From the NCBI GenBank assembly GCA_910587405.1, contig CAJUKS010000004.1, forward strand, positions 5,977 to 69,976: a stretch of 64,000 nucleotides of DNA, read 5' to 3'. The position numbers and the translations under genes were made by a program. Source of the DNA: an uncultured Alphaproteobacteria bacterium. GTDB taxonomy: Bacteria > Pseudomonadota > Alphaproteobacteria > RF32 > CAG-239. Below are positions 8,442 through 18,365 of the stretch, in pieces. The notes under the pieces were generated by a model, which had not been told where the DNA came from, ran no database searches, and saw only the letters and a program-made list of their open reading frames with translations. The stretch's first letter is position 1. Every line of letters starts with the position of its first letter.

Positions 8442-8517
8442 TGGCAGGGGCAGTAAGATTCGAACTCACGACCCTCGGTTTTGGAGACCGATGCTCTACC
8501 AACTGAGCTATACCCCT
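8442..8517 (-). tRNA. trnW: tRNA-Trp (anticodon CCA)
   Basis: 76-nt cloverleaf folded by hand: acceptor AGGGGTA/TGCCCCT, U8, D-arm GCTC/GAGC, anticodon loop CTCCAAA, T-loop TTCGAAT, discriminator G73, encoded CCA. Confidence 0.9.
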
Positions 8518-8947
8518 ATTTTGCGGCAGTTTGCCGACACGTCTTTCTACATACACAACAATTTAAAATAAATCAAGCACTTTTTACGCCGCCTTTACAA
8601 AAAACGCTTTTGCTGCCGGCTTTTTGCTCACTTTGTCTTCACGGCTGCAACACCTGTTTGCTCAAACCGTTTTCAGTCTAAAAGCTAAACCTCCCCGCAA
8701 CAATTTCCGCTTGCAATTTCCGCCGGGTTCTTTAATATCAGTGCTGCAGCCGGAAATCGGATGCGGAGTATCGTAGCTCCTTTAGAACAAACAAGCAACT
8801 CCTCCAAGGGGAGCTGTCGATATAAGTGTATTTGACATACAACGAATAAGACAGACTGCGTTCTAACAGTTACGAACTCCCCGCCTTGATCTTTTCAGGG
8901 CGGTTTTGTTTTCAATTAATTCAACAAAACCAAGGGAGTTTTTAACA

Positions 8948-9205
8948 ATGAAATCTCAATTGTATCTCAAACGCAAACTCGGGCAGAAACTGTCCGAATA
9001 TCGCCACAATCATCACCTGCGGCTGGAACACGTTACCAAACGGACCGGTATTCCGTGGCAACGGATCGACCGGCTCGAACTGGGTGAAGAAACCGGATGG
9101 CCGGTCTACAAACGGCTGTTGGAATTTTACAACCTGGAAGCGACGGTCGAATTGACGGATGAAGTTCCGTTCGGCCGACCGAAGAACTGCAATCCCGTCA
9201 GCTGA
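8948..9205 (+). CDS. XRE-family helix-turn-helix transcriptional regulator
   Basis: LGQKLSEYRHNHHLRLEHVTKRTGIPWQRIDRLELGEE matches the HTH_XRE pattern; AGGGAG RBS. Confidence 0.5.
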   Translation: MKSQLYLKRKLGQKLSEYRHNHHLRLEHVTKRTGIPWQRIDRLELGEETGWPVYKRLLEFYNLEATVELTDEVPFGRPKNCNPVS

Positions 9206-9259
9206 CAAACATAAAGCGCCGTCATCTGCGGCGCTTTCCCGTTCTTTTGCGGCCACGCC

Positions 9260-10375
9260 CTATCCGTCTTCCAAATGCAGCAGCACGGATATGCTGACCA
9301 TCACCACAATCAGTGCCGGCGTCCATACCGCCAGCATCGCCGGAATGTAACCGTTGATTCCGAAAGCATAAATCACTTGTGACAAAAAATAAACCATAAA
9401 GCCGGTCGAGATGCCGCCGACAATCAAAAACATCACCCCGCCGCGACGATTGTTGGGACGCAGGGCAAAAACGGCCGCCACCAACACCATCGCGCATAAC
9501 AAAAACGGCGAATTCCACAATGACATATAGCGCATCTGATGCCGCAGGGCCGAAAAACCCGCCAACTCGTAAAAACGGATCGTATCCGGCAAGTTCCAAA
9601 AAGAAATCGCTTCCGGATCAATAAAGTTTTCTTTGATGCGCTCAATTGTCAATGTGGTTTCATAGTCCACATTATTGATTTTTTGCACCGGCTGTCCGGC
9701 TTCAAAAATCCTCACGTCTTTCAGTTCAAATTTATTGCCTTTCAGTTCCGCCGCATAAGCCTCCACTCTTTTAAGCAACTGCGACTGGCGGTCCATTTCC
9801 AACACGCTCACTTTTCTAAGCAGCAACACGTCTTCTTCCTGACGCACCGATTTGGCTTCCAACACCAAAAAGGTGTTTTCGTCCACCGCTTCGCGGATCC
9901 ACAACCCCTTGTTGGAAAACAAAACCGCCTTCGGATCCTTCGTCTTAAAACGATAATCCAGCGTCTCATAAACTTCGTACAGATAAGAAGAAACAGGATT
10001 AAGCATCGTAATATTGACAATACCGACCATAAACACGGCCGCCAGCACCGGCGCCAGAAATTCCCAGATCGAAACCCCGGCGGCACGGATAATAACAAAT
10101 TCGTTGCTGCGGCTGACTTTCCAAAACGTAATCATCGCCGCAATCATCATAATAAACGGAAACACCATTTCAAAGGTGCGCGGCAACTTGGAAAAGGCCA
10201 TTTTCAGAATAAAAACCAAATCCACGTCCGGCCGGTCGGCAGTACGGCGTAACAGTTCGATCACTTCAAACATCAGAATAACGCCGGTTACCATCAACAG
10301 AACCGCAATAAAATTGATTAAGATCTGTTTGGTCAGATATCGTCCCAAAATAGAAGTCGGATTCATCGGTTTCAC
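9260..10375 (-). CDS. LptF/LptG-family (YjgP/YjgQ) LPS export permease
   Basis: 371 aa, N-terminal TM bundle + periplasmic beta-jellyroll-like middle + C-terminal TMs, typical YjgP/YjgQ architecture. Confidence 0.7.
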   Translation of the reverse strand: MKPMNPTSILGRYLTKQILINFIAVLLMVTGVILMFEVIELLRRTADRPDVDLVFILKMAFSKLPRTFEMVFPFIMMIAAMITFWKVSRSNEFVIIRAAGVSIWEFLAPVLAAVFMVGIVNITMLNPVSSYLYEVYETLDYRFKTKDPKAVLFSNKGLWIREAVDENTFLVLEAKSVRQEEDVLLLRKVSVLEMDRQSQLLKRVEAYAAELKGNKFELKDVRIFEAGQPVQKINNVDYETTLTIERIKENFIDPEAISFWNLPDTIRFYELAGFSALRHQMRYMSLWNSPFLLCAMVLVAAVFALRPNNRRGGVMFLIVGGISTGFMVYFLSQVIYAFGINGYIPAMLAVWTPALIVVMVSISVLLHLEDG

Positions 10376-10435
10376 TTTGCCTTGTTAAATTTGCTGCCCA
10401 GCATACCCAAAATTATGATGATTGGCAAGCAAAGT

Positions 10436-11101
10436 TTATGCTTCTTGGGCTTCTTTTACCAACGAATCGACCAACGTTTTCAAACCGTTCAGCTGGCGCA
10501 CCCGTTTCATTCGTTCGCCGGAAATGATGCGACGGATTTTCTCCACCGTATCTTCCAGTTCTTCATTAACAACCACATAGTCAAATTCGTCCCAGTGGCT
10601 GATTTTTTCCAAAACCATATTCATACGCTTTTCGATCACTTCGGGGCTGTCGGTCCCGCGACCTTCCAAACGGCGGCGCACTTCTTTGATCGACGGCGGC
10701 AGCAAATAAATCGTCACCGCATCGGCGCCGGCCTTTTCCTTCATCTGACGCGCTCCCATCCAATCGAGATCAAACAACACGTCTTCGCCGACATTGATAA
10801 AACTGTCCACTTCCGAACGTAAAGTTCCGTAACGGTTTCCGTACTGCGAGTCGACATATTCGTAAAAAGCGTCTTCCTTAATCAGCTGATCATACTGCTG
10901 ATCGGTAATAAAGTAATAATCCACCCCGTCAACCTCATTATGACGTTGCGGACGGGTGGTGACCGAAACCGAAAACTTGATATGCGGATCACGGGCAAGA
11001 ATTTCCTTAATGACGGTTCCTTTGCCGGCACCGGACGGCCCTTCGATAATAAACATGGTACCGCGGCGAACCTTACGCAGATAATTAATAACGTCTTCCA
11101 T
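10436..11101 (-). CDS. gmk: guanylate kinase
   Basis: GPSGAGKGT P-loop, YYFITDQQYDQLIKEDAFYEYVDSQYGNRYGT; alternative start at 11056. Confidence 0.9.
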   Translation of the reverse strand: MEDVINYLRKVRRGTMFIIEGPSGAGKGTVIKEILARDPHIKFSVSVTTRPQRHNEVDGVDYYFITDQQYDQLIKEDAFYEYVDSQYGNRYGTLRSEVDSFINVGEDVLFDLDWMGARQMKEKAGADAVTIYLLPPSIKEVRRRLEGRGTDSPEVIEKRMNMVLEKISHWDEFDYVVVNEELEDTVEKIRRIISGERMKRVRQLNGLKTLVDSLVKEAQEA

Positions 11102-11104
11102 TTT

Positions 11105-12007
11105 CTACTCCATATTTTGTACTTGTTCACGCAATTGCTCAATAACCGCTTTTAGTTCCATTCCGCGATTGATAATCTCAATATCCGCCGCTTTGGAACA
11201 AGTTGTGTTGGTTTCGCGATTCAGTTCCTGACACAAAAAGTCGAAACGGCGTCCTAACGTCTGCCCGGCTTCCAGCAATTGCCGCGCTGTTTTGACGTGA
11301 GCTGTCAGACGATCGATTTCTTCGCGAATATCGGCCCGGTTCACCAGCAAAACCGCTTCCTGAGCCAGCCGTTCCTCACTGATCGGATTTCCTTCCAACA
11401 ATTCGGCCAGCTGGGCGGTGAGCTTTTGTTTGAGAGCTGCCGGTTGCAAGGCGGCTTTGCGGGCAATGTCTTTGACCAAAGCTTCAATCCGGTCAACTTG
11501 TTGTTCCAGCACCGACTTAATTTTTGCACCTTCCTGACGGCGATCAAACTGCAACCGCACGCAACATTCTTCAAAACCGGCGCTCAACCGTTGGCGGATC
11601 AACTCGAGTTCTTCCTCGCCAAAACGGTTTTTAACCACTTCAATTACGCCGTTTACCCCCAGCAGCTCACTGGCGGAAGGAGGTGCCAAATCATCGGGAT
11701 GGGCACGGTACAAATCCACCGCGGCACCGGTCAGGCGTTCCAGCAATTCGCGATTGATGTTAACCTCGGTATCGCTGCGTTCAAGCGTCACTTCAAGCGA
11801 AACATTCATATTGCCGCGTTCAAAATAAGCGGCGGCAATATTGCGCAGATTAAGACTGATTTCATCCAACCACGACGGCAGCCGGGTTTTCAGATCCAGA
11901 CTTTTGCCGTTGACGCTTTTAATTTCCCACACCCAGGAAAGCGAAAAGTTTCCCTGTTCCAAACTGCCGCTCTGGCGGGCAAAACCGGTCATACTGGATA
12001 TTTGCAA
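11105..12007 (-). CDS. yicC: YicC-family stress-induced protein
   Basis: SMTGFARQ...EIKSVNGKSLDLKTRLP N-terminus and C-terminal DUF1732-like region; upstream of gmk as in many bacteria. Confidence 0.8.
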   Translation of the reverse strand: MQISSMTGFARQSGSLEQGNFSLSWVWEIKSVNGKSLDLKTRLPSWLDEISLNLRNIAAAYFERGNMNVSLEVTLERSDTEVNINRELLERLTGAAVDLYRAHPDDLAPPSASELLGVNGVIEVVKNRFGEEELELIRQRLSAGFEECCVRLQFDRRQEGAKIKSVLEQQVDRIEALVKDIARKAALQPAALKQKLTAQLAELLEGNPISEERLAQEAVLLVNRADIREEIDRLTAHVKTARQLLEAGQTLGRRFDFLCQELNRETNTTCSKAADIEIINRGMELKAVIEQLREQVQNME

Positions 12008-12085
12008 AAAAGTTCTCCCGAAAAATAAAATTTTGGTTATTATAGAAGAAAAAGTTTAACAATACTTTATAACGGAATCAAAAAA

Positions 12086-12850
12086 ATGGAAACAAAATTC
12101 AAAAACGTTCTCATCACCGGCGCCTCTTCGGGAATCGGTCAGGCCATGGCCCTGTACTATGCCGCCGCCGGTACGGAACGCCTTTTTATCTGCGGACGCA
12201 ACCGCGAACGCTTGGACGAAGTTAAGCGGGAATGCGAAAAATTCGGCGCCAAAGTAGACGCAGCAATCATTGACGTCAACGATCGCGACAAGGTCAAACG
12301 CTGGATCGTCGGCAGCAACAAAAAAGCAGCGCTTCATTTGGTGTTGGCCAATGCCGGAGTCGCCACCACCGCCGAAGTGGAAGAAAATATCTACAATACC
12401 TTCAATACCAACATTTTCGGGGTTTTGCACACCGTGCTGCCGGCAATTGAAATATTCTCCAAACGGCGGACCCAAACGCCGATGGCGATTGCCATGCTGA
12501 GTTCAATCGCCGGCTATCACGGTCTGGCCGGCTGCCCTTCCTACAGTGCCAGCAAAGCCTGTGTCAAAGCTTACGGCGAAGCGCTCAGGGTATATCTGGC
12601 TCCCCGCAATATACAGGTCAGCGTCATTTGTCCCGGATTCGTCAAGTCGCGCATTACCGACCAAAACACCTGTCCGATGCCGTTTTTCATGCCGGCGGAA
12701 AAAGCGGCGGCCATCATCGGACACCGGCTGGAAAACAATGTCGGATTGATTGCTTTCCCGTGGCCGATGCGCCTTTCGGCTTGGTTTCTTTCGATTCTGC
12801 CCAACCGTCTCAGCAGCTTTATCGCTTCCAAATTGCCTTATAAAGTGTAA
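12086..12850 (+). CDS. short-chain dehydrogenase/reductase (SDR) family oxidoreductase
   Basis: VLITGASSGIGQAMA Rossmann motif and YSASKACVKAYGEAL catalytic YxxxK. Confidence 0.85.
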   Translation: METKFKNVLITGASSGIGQAMALYYAAAGTERLFICGRNRERLDEVKRECEKFGAKVDAAIIDVNDRDKVKRWIVGSNKKAALHLVLANAGVATTAEVEENIYNTFNTNIFGVLHTVLPAIEIFSKRRTQTPMAIAMLSSIAGYHGLAGCPSYSASKACVKAYGEALRVYLAPRNIQVSVICPGFVKSRITDQNTCPMPFFMPAEKAAAIIGHRLENNVGLIAFPWPMRLSAWFLSILPNRLSSFIASKLPYKV

Positions 12851-12934
12851 ACGCTGCCGTAGGATCGGTTTTTAAAAATCAAAAAGAGGAAACTTGCCGT
12901 TCATGACAACTTTCCTCTTTTGATTTTTCTTTTC

Positions 12935-13147
12935 CTATTTCTTTTTCCCGAAAAAGGCCTTGCACGCCAGCACCGACATAACAATCAGCGCCGCTGAAGG
13001 AATCAGGGTGCCGCCGGCCAAATTAAATACCGCAACGGCAAAAAGATACACCATCACATTTCTATACTCGCCGCGTCTAAAAAAGATCACGACCGGTGCT
13101 GCAAAAGCAATCAGAACTGCCCAGCAAATAATTTGAATCCAGATCAT
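12935..13147 (-). CDS. small membrane protein (70 aa)
   Basis: two hydrophobic helices; weak support only. Confidence 0.35.
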   Translation of the reverse strand: MIWIQIICWAVLIAFAAPVVIFFRRGEYRNVMVYLFAVAVFNLAGGTLIPSAALIVMSVLACKAFFGKKK

Positions 13148-13433
13148 ATATATTATATTTTTTAATTTTCATCGAAAAAAAGGTTAACATACGGTTCGGA
13201 TTCTTTTGGCACAGAAATTGTCGAACATATAATTAACCTTAAAAATACGATATTTTGCAGATATAACACCATATGTTCGTTTCGTTGGCACAGAAAAGAG
13301 ATACATATAATAATTAACCTAAAAAAACAAAATCGTATTTTGTAAGGTTGATTATAAACATTTTAACGCCTCACCGCAACAAAAAACGTCACTCTCGCTT
13401 CAAAACACTCTTATCGTTGCACCGACCGGACAT

Positions 13434-13470
13434 AAAAAAACAGCTCCGCATCGACATCGGAGCTGTTTTC
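13434..13470. terminator. bidirectional intrinsic terminator downstream of carD/cdnL
   Basis: cagctccg/cggagctg hairpin flanked by A-run (upstream) and T-run (downstream). Confidence 0.6.
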
Positions 13471-13483
13471 GTCCTGCAAAGAA

Positions 13484-14026
13484 TTATTCTGCGGCAACCG
13501 CAGCGTCGGCCGACAAAATGTCCAACAGTTTTTTGGTCGCATCAGGGGCACTGATATTGTTGCAAATCGCATATTCGTTGGCCAGCCGGTCCAGCGCCTG
13601 CTCATAAATCTGGCGTTCGCTGTAAGACTGTTCCGAAAGGTTTTCGCGGCGATAAAGGTCCCGCACCACTTCCGCAATCGCTACCGGGCTGCCCGAATTG
13701 ATTTTGTTTTCATATTCCTGAGCACGGCGCGACCACATGATTTTCTTGACCTTTGCCTTGCCTTTCAAGACGTCCACCGCTTCATCCATGATCGACGTTT
13801 CGGAAATTTTGCGCAAGCCTACGCTCTCGGCCTTACAGAGCGGCACCCGCAGCGTCATTTTATCTTTGTCAAAATTAACAACAATCAATTCTAATTCAGA
13901 TCCTCCGATTTTCTGTGTGGCAATATCGGCAACTTTTCCCACGCCGTGAGCCGGATAAACCACAAATTCGCCGGAATTGAATGCAATTTTCGATGTTGTT
14001 TTCTTGTTCATTACTTGTTTTCCCAT
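13484..14026 (-). CDS. cdnL: CarD/CdnL-family RNA-polymerase-binding transcription regulator
   Basis: FNSGEFVVYPAHGVGKV N-terminal Tudor-like RNAP-interacting domain typical of CarD_CdnL_TRCF. Confidence 0.85.
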   Translation of the reverse strand: MGKQVMNKKTTSKIAFNSGEFVVYPAHGVGKVADIATQKIGGSELELIVVNFDKDKMTLRVPLCKAESVGLRKISETSIMDEAVDVLKGKAKVKKIMWSRRAQEYENKINSGSPVAIAEVVRDLYRRENLSEQSYSERQIYEQALDRLANEYAICNNISAPDATKKLLDILSADAAVAAE

Positions 14027-14124
14027 AAGTTAAACCAAATATCCAAATCTTCGTTTTTCTCCAAAACAGTGCCTACTATACCACATTTTAAAGGGTAAAT
14101 CCAGTCTGTTTTTTTATTTTTTTG

Positions 14125-14604
14125 TCAATTGCCGCCGCTGACCGGAAACAACTGTGTCTGACGAAGCGCTTCTCCCAAAACCATCGTCGCCGATACCGCC
14201 ACGTTAATCGAACGCGCCGCTTCGGTCATCGGAATGGTTACCCGGGCATCCACCGACTGATGAACCGCATCCGGAACCCCGGCGCTTTCGCGGCCGACCA
14301 TCAGAACGTCGGTGGGCCGAAATTCAAAATCGGTATAACGCAGCGGCGATTTCGTCGTCAGCAAAACGATGCGGCCGTATTCTTCCGGATGCGCATAAGC
14401 GTAGCTGCAAAAATCATCCCAGGAATTATGGCGCCGGTATTTGACCAGATCGAGATAATCCATGCCGTACCGGCGCAAAGCCCGCTGATCGAACACAAAG
14501 CCGCAAGGTTCGATGATATCGACTTCAATCCCCATACAGGCACCAAGCCGCAGCATGGTGCCCGTATTTTGCGGCATATCGGGTTGAAACAAAGCCAACC
14601 GCAT
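14125..14604 (-). CDS. trmL: tRNA (cytidine/uridine-2'-O)-methyltransferase TrmL (SpoU family)
   Basis: N-terminal FQPDMPQNTGTMLRLGACMGIEVDIIEPCGF close to E. coli TrmL; 2 nt after ileS stop. Confidence 0.8.
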   Translation of the reverse strand: MRLALFQPDMPQNTGTMLRLGACMGIEVDIIEPCGFVFDQRALRRYGMDYLDLVKYRRHNSWDDFCSYAYAHPEEYGRIVLLTTKSPLRYTDFEFRPTDVLMVGRESAGVPDAVHQSVDARVTIPMTEAARSINVAVSATMVLGEALRQTQLFPVSGGN

Positions 14605-14606
14605 GA

Positions 14607-17600
14607 TCAGGCGCCTTTTTTCAAAGCCATCGCTTCGGCCGTGGCAGCAGCGTCATATTCAACGTCAAAACATACCCGGCAGCCTTCGATCTCGGCGGCG
14701 GTACCGGCCGTGCAGTCGGTTTCCACTTCCTCGGCTTTGGCCAGAACCTGTTCGGCAATCATCGCCTTAAACTTCTCCAGCGCTGCCGCCAGTTTTCCTT
14801 CCGCTTTCCAGCGCAGACGAATACGATAATAAATTTCAAAATCTTTGTCTTTGCGCAGACTTTGAACCATTCGCACAAAATCGCGGGCCATGCCTTCCTG
14901 TTCCAGAGTTTCGCTGACTTCGGTATTGAGAACGATCACCGCCTTGTTGTCGGCAAAAGCTTTTCCGGCTTTTCCGTTCAGAATCTCCAGCCTTTCCTCA
15001 TACAAATCGGGCGTGAGGGCAATTCCCGCCACGCAGATTCCTTCGCTGCCGTTCTCGCTCCAGCAGGGAACGCCGGTTTTTTTATATTCGTTATAGGCGG
15101 CCATAACCTTCCCCATATCTTTGCCGAGCTTTTTGCCGAGCAACGGCGTATAAAGATAAAGCGACGGCACGGCATAGGCTCCCACATTGCCGTCCGCCTG
15201 CACCTGCTTGACATTGAGTTCGTCTTTGATGATCTCTTTGTAGGCATCGTTTAAAAAGCCCAAATTGCTGCCGGCAACCGTCAGGTCGGAAAGCGGCAGC
15301 CGATTACGCAGATTTTTCTCTTCACGGACAAATTTTCCGGCCGAACACAAATCCTGCACAAAGTCCATTTCGCGCACCAAGTTTTCATCGGCATCAACGT
15401 CCGCCAATTCGGGATAATCGGTCAGATGAACCGAAGCCCGGGCATCGACCAACGCCTGATAAACATATTCGGTTGTAAACGGCATCAGCGGCGCCATGAT
15501 TTTGCTCAAATTGACCAAAACGGTATACAGAACGTCAAAGGCCTGCCGGTCACCGGCCCAGAAACGGTCGCGGGTACGGCGAATATACCAGTTGTTGAGA
15601 ATTTCCATAAAATCGGCAATTTCATTGCAGGCATGGGCAACATCATAAGTGTTTAAGCCGTGTTTGACCTCTGCCGCCAGCTTCTTCAGCTTCGAAAGAA
15701 TATAGTTGTCCAAAAACTCGCTTGAACGGCAGACTTCTTTGGCTTTATAACCTTCCGCGTTGGCGTACAGGGTAAAGAAATAAAAAGCGTTCCAGAACGG
15801 AATCTGGGCCACGCGGGCAGCCTTGACAATTTCTTTGCCTTCCTGATCCACCGCCAGATTGCCGCCCTTAAGCACCGGAGACGACACCAGGAACCAGCGC
15901 AGCGTATCCGATCCCATGCTGTCCAGCACCATCGCCGGATCGGGATAATTTTTCAAACGTTTCGACAGTTTTTGTCCGCCTTCGGCCATCAACAGACCGG
16001 TGCAAACGCAATTCTTAAAAGCCGGCCGTTGATGCAACGCCGTCGACAACACCGTCAGAGTATAGAACCAACCGCGTGTCTGATCCATGGCTTCGACGAT
16101 AAAGTCGGCCGGGAAATGATTTTCGAACCACTCTTTGTTCTCAAACGGATAATGCACTTGCGCATAAGGCATTGACCCCGATTCAAACCAACAGTCAAAA
16201 ACGTCGCTCACCCGGCGCATCATGCTTTTGCCGGCCGGGTCTTTGGGGTTGGGATAGACCACATCGTCAATATACGGTTTATGGAGATCGGTCACTTCAA
16301 TTCCCGTTTTGGCTTTGATCTCTTCGATTGAACCGAAAACGTCTACATGGGGATATTTCGGATCGTCCGATTTCCAAACCGGGATCGGCGTTCCCCAGAA
16401 ACGGTTGCGCGAAATCGACCAGTCGCGTGCGCCTTCAAGCCATTTGCCGAAACGTCCGTCTTTGATATGCTCGGGCACCCAGTTGATTTCCTGATTGTTT
16501 TTAACCATCTGGTCGCGAAAATCGGTGACCTTGACAAACCACGAAGACATCGCCTTGTAAATCAGCGGCGTATCGGTGCGCCAGCAGAACGGATAAGAGT
16601 GGGTGTATTGTTCTTTCTTGACCAGCAATCCGTTGGCTCTCAGCCACTGCATGATCGGTTCGTTGGTTTCAAAAACCTGTTTCCCTTCATAATCGGGAAC
16701 TTCGGCGGTAAATTTTCCGGCTTCGTCCACCGGACAAACCACCGGGAAGTTTTCATCATAGGCCCGGCAGGCGTCAAAGTCGTCCTGTCCGAAACCGGGC
16801 GCAATATGGACCACGCCGGTACCGTCTTCGGTCGACACGAACTCGCCGCTCAAGATCTTAAACGCACCCTTTTCTTTTAAGGCCGCAAAATAAGGAAACA
16901 TCGGTTCATAAGCGGTGCCGACCAGTTCGGAACCTTTCAGGGTTCCGACCCGAACCGCATTTTCCAGTTGTTTTTTGTAACGTCCGAGCAGTGCTTCGGC
17001 CAAAATATATTTCTGTCCGTCCTCTTCCATCACCGCATAGGAAATATCGCTGCCCACCGCCAGCATCAGGTTGGAAGGCAAAGTCCAGGGCGTGGTGGTC
17101 CAGACCAGGATCTTCATACCGTTTTCCAGCTTGAACATCACCGTAATCGCATTGTCGGTCTTGTCCTGATATCCCTGGTTGACTTCAAAGTTTGACAACG
17201 GCGTTTCGGCAGCCCAAGAATACGGCAACACCCGGAAATCCTCATAAATCAGCCCCTTGTCGTACAATTGCTTAAAATTGTTGATGACGCTTTCCATAAA
17301 CGGCAGATCCATGGTCTTATAATCACGCGAAAAATCAACCCAGCGACCGATCCGTTTGAACATATCCACCCAGATGCCGGAATATTTCAGCACATCCTGA
17401 CGGCAAAACTGATTAAACTTTTCAACCCCGAACTCTTCTATCTGTTTGCGTCCCGAAACTCCCAACTGTTTTTCGGCCGACATTTCGGCGGGCAGGCCGT
17501 GACAGTCCCACCCCAGGCGACGATCGACTTTTTTGCCGTTCATGGTCTGAAAACGGGCCACAACGTCTTTGACATACGAAACCATAATATGCCCGTAGTG

Positions 17601-17771
17601 CGGCGTTCCGTTGGCAAACGGCGGTCCGTCATAAAATACGAATTCGTCGGCACCGTTACGGTTTTCGACCGATTTTTCAAAAGTCTTGTCTTCTTCCCAA
17701 AATTGAAGCACGCTCTTTTCAAGCGCGGCAAAATCCGGTTTTGCTTTCTGTTCAGCATAATGTTTTGTCAT
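14607..17771 (-). CDS. ileS: isoleucine--tRNA ligase (long, eukaryote-like/type-2-like form)
   Basis: PHYGHIM (HIGH) and KLSKRL (KMSKS-like) class I motifs, 1054 aa, editing domain, no obvious C-terminal Zn finger. Confidence 0.9.
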   Translation of the reverse strand: MTKHYAEQKAKPDFAALEKSVLQFWEEDKTFEKSVENRNGADEFVFYDGPPFANGTPHYGHIMVSYVKDVVARFQTMNGKKVDRRLGWDCHGLPAEMSAEKQLGVSGRKQIEEFGVEKFNQFCRQDVLKYSGIWVDMFKRIGRWVDFSRDYKTMDLPFMESVINNFKQLYDKGLIYEDFRVLPYSWAAETPLSNFEVNQGYQDKTDNAITVMFKLENGMKILVWTTTPWTLPSNLMLAVGSDISYAVMEEDGQKYILAEALLGRYKKQLENAVRVGTLKGSELVGTAYEPMFPYFAALKEKGAFKILSGEFVSTEDGTGVVHIAPGFGQDDFDACRAYDENFPVVCPVDEAGKFTAEVPDYEGKQVFETNEPIMQWLRANGLLVKKEQYTHSYPFCWRTDTPLIYKAMSSWFVKVTDFRDQMVKNNQEINWVPEHIKDGRFGKWLEGARDWSISRNRFWGTPIPVWKSDDPKYPHVDVFGSIEEIKAKTGIEVTDLHKPYIDDVVYPNPKDPAGKSMMRRVSDVFDCWFESGSMPYAQVHYPFENKEWFENHFPADFIVEAMDQTRGWFYTLTVLSTALHQRPAFKNCVCTGLLMAEGGQKLSKRLKNYPDPAMVLDSMGSDTLRWFLVSSPVLKGGNLAVDQEGKEIVKAARVAQIPFWNAFYFFTLYANAEGYKAKEVCRSSEFLDNYILSKLKKLAAEVKHGLNTYDVAHACNEIADFMEILNNWYIRRTRDRFWAGDRQAFDVLYTVLVNLSKIMAPLMPFTTEYVYQALVDARASVHLTDYPELADVDADENLVREMDFVQDLCSAGKFVREEKNLRNRLPLSDLTVAGSNLGFLNDAYKEIIKDELNVKQVQADGNVGAYAVPSLYLYTPLLGKKLGKDMGKVMAAYNEYKKTGVPCWSENGSEGICVAGIALTPDLYEERLEILNGKAGKAFADNKAVIVLNTEVSETLEQEGMARDFVRMVQSLRKDKDFEIYYRIRLRWKAEGKLAAALEKFKAMIAEQVLAKAEEVETDCTAGTAAEIEGCRVCFDVEYDAAATAEAMALKKGA

Positions 17772-18067
17772 TAATCCAACACCTTAAAGTTTTTGATTGT
17801 GAATCTGATTGATTAGAAATTTAGAATTTGTGTATGTGCAAAAAAGTATATCCCCTAGGGGATAATAATCGAAACCGCGTATATCAAAAAGCTGCACATA
17901 AAAACTGTCCGCATTAAAATTTATTTCCGGCTTAACAATTTAATACAACAAAGCCGGCAAGTCAAGCGCTTATATCATCGGGCCGACACCGCTCTTTTTT
18001 ACTTGTAAGGGATATAGTTTTATGATAATATTTTATCTATAAATTTTATCAAAAAAGGAGTCCGCAC

Positions 18068-18364
18068 ATGGACAGCAAAAAAATCGCCCGCGGCGGCGTC
18101 AGCGTTGTTGAAACTCTCGCCAAATACGGCATCAAAGGCACCGGCACGGTTATCCGTTGCGGCGCCGAGGCAACCGGCATATTGGTCAAAGAAGCCTGCA
18201 GCCTCGCCTCCCATTTTTCCGGTTGTTCGCTCGGCAACAACATCGGCGACTTTCTTATGAAAAAGACCAACGGACTGGTCAAACACGTCACCAAAGCGGC
18301 AGAAAAAGGCGGCATCGCCGTGGTAAAGAACCTTGCTGAACGTGCTCGCAACGGATTGTCCTGA
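18068..18364 (+). CDS. hypothetical protein (98 aa)
   Basis: GGAG RBS; stop overlaps by 1 nt spacing with next ORF. Confidence 0.45.
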   Translation: MDSKKIARGGVSVVETLAKYGIKGTGTVIRCGAEATGILVKEACSLASHFSGCSLGNNIGDFLMKKTNGLVKHVTKAAEKGGIAVVKNLAERARNGLS

Positions 18365-18365
18365 C

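Noticed and set aside
8888-8915. Hairpin+T-run immediately upstream of the XRE gene as a riboswitch terminator
   Set aside because: The upstream non-coding stretch is short and irregular with no conserved-looking structure. It is more simply a terminator insulating the XRE gene from read-through of the tRNA-proximal region.
13206-13230. TGGCAC-N5-TTGT in repeat copy 1 as a sigma54 promoter
   Set aside because: The -12 element is TTGT, not TTGC. Copy 2 lacks it entirely, and no sigma54-dependent activator or enhancer is evident nearby. I kept it only as a comment in the repeat finding.
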